From a bacterium (GTDB lineage: Bacteria > Zixibacteria > MSB-5A5 > GN15 > FEB-12), in contig JBDRNJ010000009.1 of the NCBI GenBank assembly GCA_043811375.1, positions 1-64,000 on the forward strand: a stretch of 64,000 nucleotides of DNA. Direction: 5' to 3'. The notes under the pieces are model-generated. The model was not told the origin of the DNA and ran no database searches. It was given only the letters and a program-made list of their open reading frames with translations. Below, in pieces: positions 9,859-19,432 of the stretch; within the stretch, counting starts at the first letter, position 1; each line of letters opens with the position of its first letter. Both the position numbers and the translations under genes were made by a program.

Positions 9859-12504
9859 ATGTTTAGAAAAAATTTAATGGCCGGTGCCATGGCATTGCTG
9901 CTTGTTACCGTACTGAGTGTCCCGGTTTCCAGCCGGGCCATGTTTGACCAGGGTTCCAAGGACCAGCGATCCCGTTTCGCCAGCGTCATACCATATCAAA
10001 GCACCGCGGGACACCGCATCGGCAAGATCGTTCTTCAGGTCAGCAACAACGGAACCTTCGGCAGCGGATTCGCTAATGCGTCGGTGGACGAGTTTACCGG
10101 CCTCGCTGTACCGTCCTGTGAATATCCAAAGGGTTCCAACACCACTTACCTGTTCGCCGGAGCGTTCTGGGTCGGAGCTGTAGTTGGTCGTGATACGCTG
10201 GTTTCGTTCGGCGCCGATGGCTGGAGCGGCGCCCAAGAGATGTACCCACCGGATATCTCTGATCCTACATTACTTAGGATAAAGAGATCGATTATCGACC
10301 CATCCGATGAGAGGATGTACAAGGATGCTATTTCCGAAGAAGACTTCATATTCAATTACTCTGATACAACGACTGAGGGAGTCCCCAACGATTATACCGG
10401 ACGCCAGCATATCCCCCTGAACATTGAAGTTGTACAGCGCTCATACGCCTGGTCGTATTCATATGCCGAGGACTTCGTCCTGTTTGACTACTCCATAAAG
10501 AACACCGGCTATCGGACTCTGGAGAAGGTCTATATGGGGTTGTACGTCGATGCCGATGTCTGCTCCGATAATTGTGAGCAGGGCGGTTTCGCAGATGACA
10601 TCTGCGGTTTTTTAGAAACTATACCGACCGAGTTCAGGGGGTGTCATTACGAGGACACGGTCAATATCGCCTGGATTGCAGATGCTGATGGTGATCTCAC
10701 CCGTGGTGGCGCCGGAGCCCCTGTGCCGTCTGTCACTGCCATGCGAATTGTGCGAACACCAGCCAAGGATTTGGATGTATCGTTTAACTGGTGGGTCAGC
10801 AACGGCAATTCGGCTTATGACTTTGGTCCGCGCGAAAGACCTTTTAAGGGACGCTGGAAAGAGCCTTTCCGGGATTTCGGCACCGGTGGCACCGGCACTC
10901 CCGAGGGTGATGCCAACAAGTACTACTCACTTCGCAACAAGGAATTTGACTACGACCAGGTATACACCGCCTCGATTCTCAATTCCGACACACTGTGGCT
11001 TTACCCCAATCAGACCCTGGCCGGTGACATTGCCGACGGCTTTGATACTCGCTACCTGCTGTCGTTCGGTCCCTTTGATATTGACCCCGGCCAGGTATTG
11101 CCCATCTCGTTCGCTTATGTGGCCGGTGAGAACATGCATAGTGATATCAACAACATCAGCCATCTGCCGGATGACCCCGACGCCTACTATCGCGGGGTGA
11201 GTTTCGATTCACTCGGTCTCAATTCCATCTGGGCTTCCCGAATTTATGACAATCCGGGTATCGATACCGATGGCGACGACTACTACGGCGAGTTTCGTGT
11301 CTGTGTCCAGGAATCGATAATCCTCGATTCGGTCTGCGATACGACCATCCTGGAGGACCCGATTGACACAATAATCACCTGCATCCCCACCCTGGTGGAT
11401 ACGATTCTTGCCGATACACTCTGGTACAAGGGTGACGGCGTACCTGATTTTCGCGGAGCATCTCCGCCGCCGGCGCCCCTGTTCTGGCTGAACCCCTCGG
11501 TGGGCAAGTTAAGTATTCGTTTCAACGGTCTGCGCTCGGAGGCAACTCCGGATCGGTTTACGCAATCGGCTGACTTCGAAGGGTACCGCATCTACGTCGG
11601 TCGGGATTCCCGCGCCGGAAGCTACAGTGTGGTGGCATCCTATGACCGGGAAGACTACAACAAGTTTGTCTATGATGTCAGTCGTGACGAGTGGGTTTTG
11701 ATCGACGAGCCATACAGCCCGCAGCAACTGCAAACGCTGTATGGCGGCAATGACCCGTCTTTTGACCCTCTGCTGTACACGCCGTCATCGCCGTACATAC
11801 ACCCGGTGATTACAGATTCTCTGTTTTACTTCGCCGCCCAGGACTTCAATCAGTCCCAGTTGGGTCTTCCGGGCGGCATGAGTAAGATCTATCCGGACCA
11901 GCCCCTCCCATCGCACATGAATCCGGACTCGGCCCGGCCGGAGGAACTGACCGAGGATGGCTACCTCAAATACTTTGAGTATGAATATATTATCGATGAT
12001 CTGTTACCGACGGTGACCTACTGGGTGAATGTGACAGCCTTTGACTTTGGTTCACCCTCATCCGGACTACCGTCACTGGAGAGTTCTCGCACGGTGGGCG
12101 CCAAACATGCCTACCCGTTGAATTCGGTGAGCGAGGTAATCCAACAGGATTTGGATATCATCGTTTATCCCAATCCCTATCGCATCGACGCCACCTATCG
12201 GGCAATGGGCTTCGAAGGTCGTAGATATGAGATTTACCCGGATGAGACCCCTCCGGACGATCGGGCGCGGGAGATTCATTTTGCCAACCTGCCGGCCAAG
12301 TGCACGATCCGAATTCACACGCTGGACGGCGACTTGGTGCGCGAGATAGTGCATGACAAGGACCCGAGCGATCCTGACGCTTCGCATGAAGTCTGGGATT
12401 TGATTACGCGTAACACTCAGTTGACGGTTTCGGGCTTGTACTACTGGTCGGTAGAAACTGAAGACGGAGAGACGCAGATCGGCAAGCTGGTCATCATAAT
12501 GTAA
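9859..12504 (+). CDS. Secreted protein paralog 3 with T9SS/FlgD-like C-terminal domain
   Basis: Same RBS context as paralog 2. Conserved blocks 'PSCEYPKGS', 'SYAWSYSYAEDFVLFDY', 'SFNWWVSNG', 'GDGVPDFRGASPPPAP'. Confidence 0.8.
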   Translation: MFRKNLMAGAMALLLVTVLSVPVSSRAMFDQGSKDQRSRFASVIPYQSTAGHRIGKIVLQVSNNGTFGSGFANASVDEFTGLAVPSCEYPKGSNTTYLFAGAFWVGAVVGRDTLVSFGADGWSGAQEMYPPDISDPTLLRIKRSIIDPSDERMYKDAISEEDFIFNYSDTTTEGVPNDYTGRQHIPLNIEVVQRSYAWSYSYAEDFVLFDYSIKNTGYRTLEKVYMGLYVDADVCSDNCEQGGFADDICGFLETIPTEFRGCHYEDTVNIAWIADADGDLTRGGAGAPVPSVTAMRIVRTPAKDLDVSFNWWVSNGNSAYDFGPRERPFKGRWKEPFRDFGTGGTGTPEGDANKYYSLRNKEFDYDQVYTASILNSDTLWLYPNQTLAGDIADGFDTRYLLSFGPFDIDPGQVLPISFAYVAGENMHSDINNISHLPDDPDAYYRGVSFDSLGLNSIWASRIYDNPGIDTDGDDYYGEFRVCVQESIILDSVCDTTILEDPIDTIITCIPTLVDTILADTLWYKGDGVPDFRGASPPPAPLFWLNPSVGKLSIRFNGLRSEATPDRFTQSADFEGYRIYVGRDSRAGSYSVVASYDREDYNKFVYDVSRDEWVLIDEPYSPQQLQTLYGGNDPSFDPLLYTPSSPYIHPVITDSLFYFAAQDFNQSQLGLPGGMSKIYPDQPLPSHMNPDSARPEELTEDGYLKYFEYEYIIDDLLPTVTYWVNVTAFDFGSPSSGLPSLESSRTVGAKHAYPLNSVSEVIQQDLDIIVYPNPYRIDATYRAMGFEGRRYEIYPDETPPDDRAREIHFANLPAKCTIRIHTLDGDLVREIVHDKDPSDPDASHEVWDLITRNTQLTVSGLYYWSVETEDGETQIGKLVIIM

Positions 12505-12524
12505 ACATACGATAGATTAATCAA

Positions 12525-15074
12525 GTGAGAAAGTTGATCGGAGGCTGTCGCCAGGTGTTCCTGCCGGCAGCTCTTCTTCTGTTGTTGACGGTCGATATAT
12601 CGGCCGGCATAGAAACTGACCCCAAGAGTCTGGCCGCAAGCCGTCGCCGGCCGAGTAGTCTGGTTACGTCCGACATCCCGATAGTCGAGTACACGGCTCA
12701 CAACCGGGGTGAAATTCTGCTGGCCATAGCCAACAACGGCACCTTCGGAACCCTGGGCAGCCCCATTCCGGACCCCTTCACCGGCGAGGCTATCCCGTCC
12801 TGCGTGTACCCCAAGGGAAGTGATGTTGTCTATCTTTGGGTTGCGGCTGTGTGGATCGGCGCCATTGTCGGACGGGATACGCTCGTCTCCGTTGCCGACG
12901 AAGACTGGTACCGGACACGCGAGTTCTGGCCGGAGTCGGATTTTGAATACCGATCGATTGACAAAAACATGTCGTATTACCACCCGGAGGCTCATTCCGA
13001 GCAGGACATCACTTGCGAGTATTCCGATGTCCGTACGTCGCCCACTCTGATTGAGCAGGACCCCACCGATGGCCGGGGCCATAAACCGCTCAACGTGCGC
13101 GTGCGGCAAACGTCGATGGCCTGGAGTTATTCCTACGCCGACGATTTTATTTTGTTCGATTATGAAGTGCAAAACGTCGGGGAGCGGGAACTTGAGGACG
13201 TCTATATCGGCATCTATGTCGACGGCGATGTCTGGCACACTTCCCGCCAGGGGCCGCAGGGCTGGAATGATGACATCGTCGGGTTCTATCGCACCCACCC
13301 GGCCGTGGAGGGCTGTGACTTTTTAGATACGATAAACATTGCTTATACCGCCGACAACGACGGCGATCCGGATGAGTCCGGGCAGTGGGACTATCGCTCG
13401 GCGCGGGCGGCGGTGGGAGTGCGGGTGGTGCGCACGCCGGCCAAGGATCTTAAGTACTCGTACAACTGGTGGATCACCAACTACACTTCCGTCACGCGCT
13501 ATTTCGGTCCCCGCCGACGGCCGACAGCTAACGATCCCTGGCGACACTTTGGCAGCCGTATGGGGACGCCCACCGGGGATCGCAACAAGTACTACGTAAT
13601 GAGGCATGAGGAGTTCGACTACGACCTGTTGTTCACCGCACTTGATCATAGTTCGGATGGATGGCTGCCACCACCTGCAGAGGCCGACTCACTTGCCAGG
13701 GGCTGGGACACTCGCTATTTGCTGTCTTTCGGTCCGTTTAATATCAGTCCCGGGCAACGCCTGCCGGTGTCGTTTGCCTGGGTGGCCGGCGACGGTTTGC
13801 ATGTGAACTCATCAGGAATTAATGATCTGTTTGATCCGTATCGACCGATGGAATACTATCGAGCACTGAACTTCACTGAACTGGCGGACAACTCGCGCTG
13901 GGCTTCATGGGTGTATGACAACCCCGGGGTTGACACCGATGGTGACGATTACTTTGGTCCGACGCGTGTTTGTTGCGACTCGATTTCCGGCATCTGCGAC
14001 ACCTCGTTTTATGCCGGCGACGGCATACCTGATTTCCGGGGGGCCGGGCCGCCGCAGGCACCCCGTATGCGGGTGGTACCTACCGATGACAGCCTGGTTA
14101 TACGTTGGAACGGCTTTCACACGGAGACTGAACCTGATCCGTTCTTCAACCTGGTCGATTTCGAGGGTTACCGCGTCTATATCGCTCGTGACAGCGGTCG
14201 AGCATCGAGTTACTCTCTGGTGGCGTCGTATGATCGGTCGGATTACAGTCGCTATCGGTATGTACAGATCACCGGTGACAGCGCTGAGTGGGTCCTGGAG
14301 GAAATACCGTTCTCGCTTGATTCCCTGCGTAGCATGTTCGACAACGATAATTTTGATCCGCTGTATTACACACGCGAGCGGCCGTTCGACTTTGAGGGTG
14401 AGGTTTACTATTTCACTGCCCAGGACCAGAACGCCAGCGACCTGTCCTCGATCCACGGCATACACAAAGCATATCCCGACGCCCCCAAGCCGGGAACCGA
14501 TGCCGGTTTATGGCGACCGGAAGACATCACCGAAGAACATGGCATCCCGCTGCCAAAATACTATGAATACGGGTATGTCATTACCAACCTGTTACCCACC
14601 GTGCCTTACTATGTTGCGGTGACCAGCTTTGATTTTGGTTCTCCCGCGTCGGGACTGCCCCCTCTGGAGAGCAAACCTATGGACAACGCCGCCTCCGCCT
14701 ACCCGCAGGCGACCGCCGACAGCGTAGAGGCATACCAACGCGACGTCTACGTTTATCCCAACCCGTACCGGATTGACGCCGGTTATCGATCACTGGGATT
14801 TGAAGGACGAAATGACGTAACTCTTCCCAATGACAAGGTGCGTGCTGTCCACTTTGCCAATCTTCCAGCCAGGTGCACCATAAGCATCTTCAGTCTCGAC
14901 GGTGACCTGATCAACGTTATTCGTCATGACCGTGACCCGACCGACCCGAACTCAGCGCACGATCAGTGGAATTTGATAACACGCAACACCCAGGCGGTTG
15001 TATCGGGGCTGTATTACTGGGTTGTGGAATCAGATAGCCGCACACAGATTGGGAAGCTGGTAATAATCAAGTAG
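12525..15074 (+). CDS. Secreted protein paralog 4 (more divergent) with T9SS/FlgD-like C-terminal domain
   Basis: Same conserved blocks, shorter Cys/Asp insert, ends 'VYVYPNPY...GKLVIIK'. Starts 20 nt after paralog 3. Confidence 0.8.
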   Translation: MRKLIGGCRQVFLPAALLLLLTVDISAGIETDPKSLAASRRRPSSLVTSDIPIVEYTAHNRGEILLAIANNGTFGTLGSPIPDPFTGEAIPSCVYPKGSDVVYLWVAAVWIGAIVGRDTLVSVADEDWYRTREFWPESDFEYRSIDKNMSYYHPEAHSEQDITCEYSDVRTSPTLIEQDPTDGRGHKPLNVRVRQTSMAWSYSYADDFILFDYEVQNVGERELEDVYIGIYVDGDVWHTSRQGPQGWNDDIVGFYRTHPAVEGCDFLDTINIAYTADNDGDPDESGQWDYRSARAAVGVRVVRTPAKDLKYSYNWWITNYTSVTRYFGPRRRPTANDPWRHFGSRMGTPTGDRNKYYVMRHEEFDYDLLFTALDHSSDGWLPPPAEADSLARGWDTRYLLSFGPFNISPGQRLPVSFAWVAGDGLHVNSSGINDLFDPYRPMEYYRALNFTELADNSRWASWVYDNPGVDTDGDDYFGPTRVCCDSISGICDTSFYAGDGIPDFRGAGPPQAPRMRVVPTDDSLVIRWNGFHTETEPDPFFNLVDFEGYRVYIARDSGRASSYSLVASYDRSDYSRYRYVQITGDSAEWVLEEIPFSLDSLRSMFDNDNFDPLYYTRERPFDFEGEVYYFTAQDQNASDLSSIHGIHKAYPDAPKPGTDAGLWRPEDITEEHGIPLPKYYEYGYVITNLLPTVPYYVAVTSFDFGSPASGLPPLESKPMDNAASAYPQATADSVEAYQRDVYVYPNPYRIDAGYRSLGFEGRNDVTLPNDKVRAVHFANLPARCTISIFSLDGDLINVIRHDRDPTDPNSAHDQWNLITRNTQAVVSGLYYWVVESDSRTQIGKLVIIK

Positions 15075-15093
15075 CCGGCTGCGGGGGCCGGTA

Positions 15094-16323
15094 TCAGCCA
15101 TTACCATTGATCTCAGCCGAGAGCCTGCGCCCAAACAGCAGGTAACCGACTGCCGATACTATGGCCAGCGATGAAATGACTAACCAGGCGACGGCTGGAG
15201 TAGCTTTGAAGCAATCCAGAATAACGCCGCCATAGAGCGGACCGAAGGACCACCCGGCCGCCACGAAGAAACCATAGATACCCATGTAGCGACCCATGCG
15301 TCCCGCGGGAGCCAGACGTGAAGTGAGAGTCAGCGAAGGCGGTGACATGGCCATCTCGCCCACCGTTACAATGGCAATCGCCCCGGCGAAATACCAGACA
15401 CCGGCGAAAGCACCCACCATGGTGTAGCCGACGGCATAGAGCAGACCGCCCATAGCAAGTTGTGTTGTCAATGAGTACCTGGCAAGAAACCGCGTCATCA
15501 GTATCTGAAAGAAGACCACCAAGCCGCCGTTGAGCATGTAAAGCATACCCAGTTGCACTTCTGAGATACCGACTATCTCCACGGCATAGACTGAGAACGG
15601 GAGGATCAACTGAGCCACGACCAGGTACAGCAGGAAAATCAGTACCGAATGCACGGCCAGTTGGGGATCGTCCTTGATGGCTATTATATCCCGCATCCGG
15701 AAACGGTCGGTCTGTATCTCCGTCTGTCGTGCCTGCAGGAAAAAACGAAAGATGAGAGCAGAAGCAAACGTAGCCACTGCCGCGATCAGGAACAACAACG
15801 CATACGATGTGGCTGCCATAAAGCCACCTACCGCCGGACCAATGGCCCAGCCAAGGTTACCGGCAGTGCGTGTAATGGCGTAACCGTCCAGACGCTTTTC
15901 CTCCGGCAGGATATCGGAGACCATGGCATTGGCTACCGGCTGGAAGATAGCACCGAATATGGAGTTTACCAGCAGGCAAGCGCCACACCACCAGAATCCC
16001 CAGTGCCACTGCACGGCGCCCGCCAGCACTACGAACACTGCGGCCCGTGCTACCTGGGACAGGATCAGTAACCGGCGCCGCTGCATTCGGTCGGACACCT
16101 CTCCCCCGATTGCCTGAAACAACGATCTGACTATCGCCATCACACCGAAAAAGATTCCGATTTCGGTGATAGACATACCGAACTCGGAGTGGAAGTAAAT
16201 ACCGATAAATGGAATCGCAGCGGCAAACCCGACGGCGCTGACCAGCCAGCCCAGCGACAGAATCCAGAGGTTACGGTTGAATTGCCGGAGATAGGCCGCA
16301 CTTTTGTCTCGAATCACCCACAT
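15094..16323 (-). CDS. MFS transporter
   Basis: About 12 hydrophobic segments and MFS motif A 'GGEVSDRMQRRR'. Start uncertain (ORF extends to 16362). Confidence 0.85.
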   Translation of the reverse strand: MWVIRDKSAAYLRQFNRNLWILSLGWLVSAVGFAAAIPFIGIYFHSEFGMSITEIGIFFGVMAIVRSLFQAIGGEVSDRMQRRRLLILSQVARAAVFVVLAGAVQWHWGFWWCGACLLVNSIFGAIFQPVANAMVSDILPEEKRLDGYAITRTAGNLGWAIGPAVGGFMAATSYALLFLIAAVATFASALIFRFFLQARQTEIQTDRFRMRDIIAIKDDPQLAVHSVLIFLLYLVVAQLILPFSVYAVEIVGISEVQLGMLYMLNGGLVVFFQILMTRFLARYSLTTQLAMGGLLYAVGYTMVGAFAGVWYFAGAIAIVTVGEMAMSPPSLTLTSRLAPAGRMGRYMGIYGFFVAAGWSFGPLYGGVILDCFKATPAVAWLVISSLAIVSAVGYLLFGRRLSAEINGNG

Positions 16324-16423
16324 GATGCAGACCAAAGTACGCCGGAACGGCCGGGGGAACAAGCAGAGTTCCGATCCTGGTCGGACTGAAGATAGCTGTA
16401 ACAGCGGTCGGTGATGATGCCGA

Positions 16424-19400
16424 CTAACCGGTCAGCCGGGCCAGGCGGGATCGAGCGTCCTTGATCTCTTTTAGCTCGATCTCGGGATCACCCCAGTACT
16501 CCAGCATCTCCCGGTAATACCCCGCGGCCTCCTTGTCTTCCCCCAGACCTTCACTGGCAATACCGAGGAAATAAAGGGTGAGCGGATATCGGAACCCGGA
16601 CGTCAACTCCCAACGACCGGAAAGAAAACGCAGCAACCGGTCACGGCCGTCCTCGTAATCTCCGGTTAGAACGCGCAATATGGCTGCCTCCCGATACTGG
16701 GCTTCAGTTCCATTGGGTTGCTGTTCGCATAGTTCATCACTGGTGGCAATTATCGCGGCAGTGTCGAATCGGATCACAGCCTCAAACATCTGCTTAACCA
16801 GGTCGGCTAATGACCATAGTTCCGACGGCATTCGCGCCTTGAAATCCTCCAGGAGTGAATCAAAGAGAGGTCGCATATCCTTCGCCAGGACCGGATCGAT
16901 ATCACTGACCATTATCGGATAGTTCAGCCGGTTCAGAGGAGCTGCCAACTCATGTGACCGGCGGGCATAAGCAAGGGCACTGTCAGAAAAATCCAGATTC
17001 TGGTAGTTGGTTGCGATGCTCGACAGAACGTTGGCGATAATGGCGCTATCGCCGGTTAAATGGGCTTGCTCGAGGGCCTGATAGCTGTGATCAATACCGG
17101 TTCGGAACTTCCCGGACCAATTGGCCAGATTAGCCAGACCGAGGTAATAAGAACGCATCCGGAAGGGATCATCACCATAATGCGAGGCTATCTGGTCAAG
17201 GTAGGAGCGGGAACGATCAAAATCACGTTTGCGTATGTACAAACTACCCAAGCGAAAGATAGCCGTGGAGTTGGCCGGAAAACGTGACAAAGCCTCTTCG
17301 TATGCCTCGATGGCATCGTCAACTTTCTGCTGTTCCAGATAGAGGCTGGCCAGCCTCAAATATGGTCCGGGAGACTGGGGATGATATTCAAGGATTCGCC
17401 TGACGTATTCAATAGCCCGATCAAGGTTGTCCAGACGTTCGTGCATAGCAGCGTATTCCGACAGGGCCAACTGGTACCTCGGATCTTCCAGCAGGACAGT
17501 GTCCAGATGAGCAAATGCCACCAGCGTATCCCTGGCGAACGAGAATTGGAAAGTAGCAATTGCGTAAATCGTGCGGGCTTCCTTGTCGTCCGGATAATCT
17601 TCAACATAGCTCTTCAGCTTGGCAAATGAATCATCGTATCTCTGATCCAGCCAGAAGCCGCAGTATATATCCAGCAGTCTTCTCTCTCTCACAGGCATGC
17701 GATCCTGGTGTTCGCGAGCCAGTGCGAAGTTCTGGGAGCCCTCCTGGGGTCTCCCGCGGAAGGTATTGGCAATCCCCATACGCATATATGCCAGTGCAAA
17801 TCCGGGGTCAATCGCCAGCGCACTATTGAGCTTCTCAACCGCTTCCTCGTACAGTTCGAGATTGAAATACTCCAATCCCTCGTGGTAAAGGCGGTAGGCC
17901 TCAGGAGACGTGGAGGTCAGCTGCGAGACACTGACCGACGCCATAGCCGCCTGCGACAGATTCAATCCTTTGGCGATCTTGTGGGTTAAGCTATCAACCA
18001 AAGAGAAGGCATCGGGACCCATAACTTTCGTTCCCAGTACAACTTTGCCGGAACCGATTTCCTCCAGGCGAGCGTCAATTCTGATGTTGTCACCAAGTTT
18101 GTACAACGATCCCGACAGCAGATTGACCGCTCCCAGGGCACGTGCGGCGTCAAGCATCTCGGTACGACTGTACGAATCGACGTCACGCTGGTTCTCACGA
18201 TAGAGATAGTCCTCCAAACGCTGGCGACCAATGAGGGTGATCGCCTGAGTCTGGCTGAGATCGGTCAGCAATATTTCCGGCAGCCCGGTCTCCAGCCAAT
18301 CCAGCTCGGTATCGCCTGTTTTGTTTTCAAAGGCGAGAATCGCCAGGCTGTTCTCTCCGGCCTGCAGAGCGGGAACACCTCCGTTACCGGCCAACCGATT
18401 CAGAAGTCCTACCAGGGCTGCTGCTACAACCAATACGGTCACAACGATCGCCGCCACCGCCTTCCAGCCGGCCGTGATCTTCAAATTGTGAGCCTTCCCT
18501 GCCGATGTATACATATCACTCACAGTTGACACACTGTCGGTGACACCGCTGTCATACTGACGGCGGAGGTTTCTCAGATCGACCACCAGGTCACGTGTAT
18601 CCTGGTAGCGATCACCGGGACTTTTCTGCAAGCACTTCTCTATTATACGCTCCAGTTCCTGTGGCACGCTGGCGTTCTTCAGCCGCGGCGATTCCTGCTT
18701 GACTTCCAGTATCTTGGCCAGGGTGGAAACATTGGTGGAACCGGCAAAGGGAAACTCGCCCGTCGACATGTGGTACAGGAGAACACCAAACGAAAAGATG
18801 TCGGATCGCAGGTCGATAGTTTCGCCACGCGCCTGCTCGGGAGACATATAAGACACTGTTCCCAGTATCTTACCCACTTTGGTCAACTGTTGTGAAACTG
18901 TGTCGGTGTCACCACCCTCATCACCCAGTTGCACCGACGGCATAGGTTTGGCCAGGCCGAAATCCAGTATCTTCGGCTCACCGTCTTCATTGATAAGAAT
19001 GTTCTGCGACTTAATGTCACGATGGACAACATTCATCTTGTGAGCCGCAGCCAGCCCCGAGGCGATTTTTTCCGCCAGACGAATAACGGTATTGACCTCG
19101 TTGCCGCTACTCTGGAGATATTCGCTGACCGGACTACCTTCAACGCACTCCATGACTATGAAGCTCTGCTCCTGGCCGGACTCCGGGTCGGTCGCTTTCC
19201 CGATCTCATGAATAGCCATCACGTTGGGGTGAGAGATGCGGGCGGCGGTGCTGGCTTCCCGCTGGAAACGCTGCTGTTTCTCATCGTCATCGAAGTAATC
19301 CCCGGTGAGCAACTTCAGCGCCACCTGGCGGTGCAGTTTTTGATCCTCGGCAAGATACACCTCGCCCATCCCGCCGGAGCCAAGTTTCTTAACTATAATA

Positions 19401-19432
19401 AAATGAGCAATCTTCTGACCGGCTTTTAGCAT
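16424..19432 (-). CDS. Membrane Ser/Thr protein kinase with C-terminal TolB/FlgO-like and TPR domains
   Basis: 'LGSGGMGEVY', 'VALK', 'HRDIKSQN', 'DFG', 'GTVSYMSPEQ'. One TM helix. 'LAILAFEN' domain followed by TPR-like helices. Confidence 0.9.
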   Translation of the reverse strand: MLKAGQKIAHFIIVKKLGSGGMGEVYLAEDQKLHRQVALKLLTGDYFDDDEKQQRFQREASTAARISHPNVMAIHEIGKATDPESGQEQSFIVMECVEGSPVSEYLQSSGNEVNTVIRLAEKIASGLAAAHKMNVVHRDIKSQNILINEDGEPKILDFGLAKPMPSVQLGDEGGDTDTVSQQLTKVGKILGTVSYMSPEQARGETIDLRSDIFSFGVLLYHMSTGEFPFAGSTNVSTLAKILEVKQESPRLKNASVPQELERIIEKCLQKSPGDRYQDTRDLVVDLRNLRRQYDSGVTDSVSTVSDMYTSAGKAHNLKITAGWKAVAAIVVTVLVVAAALVGLLNRLAGNGGVPALQAGENSLAILAFENKTGDTELDWLETGLPEILLTDLSQTQAITLIGRQRLEDYLYRENQRDVDSYSRTEMLDAARALGAVNLLSGSLYKLGDNIRIDARLEEIGSGKVVLGTKVMGPDAFSLVDSLTHKIAKGLNLSQAAMASVSVSQLTSTSPEAYRLYHEGLEYFNLELYEEAVEKLNSALAIDPGFALAYMRMGIANTFRGRPQEGSQNFALAREHQDRMPVRERRLLDIYCGFWLDQRYDDSFAKLKSYVEDYPDDKEARTIYAIATFQFSFARDTLVAFAHLDTVLLEDPRYQLALSEYAAMHERLDNLDRAIEYVRRILEYHPQSPGPYLRLASLYLEQQKVDDAIEAYEEALSRFPANSTAIFRLGSLYIRKRDFDRSRSYLDQIASHYGDDPFRMRSYYLGLANLANWSGKFRTGIDHSYQALEQAHLTGDSAIIANVLSSIATNYQNLDFSDSALAYARRSHELAAPLNRLNYPIMVSDIDPVLAKDMRPLFDSLLEDFKARMPSELWSLADLVKQMFEAVIRFDTAAIIATSDELCEQQPNGTEAQYREAAILRVLTGDYEDGRDRLLRFLSGRWELTSGFRYPLTLYFLGIASEGLGEDKEAAGYYREMLEYWGDPEIELKEIKDARSRLARLTG

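Noticed and set aside
3996..15074. Diversity-generating retroelement acting on the paralogs
   Set aside because: No reverse transcriptase is present, and differences between copies are not adenine-specific.
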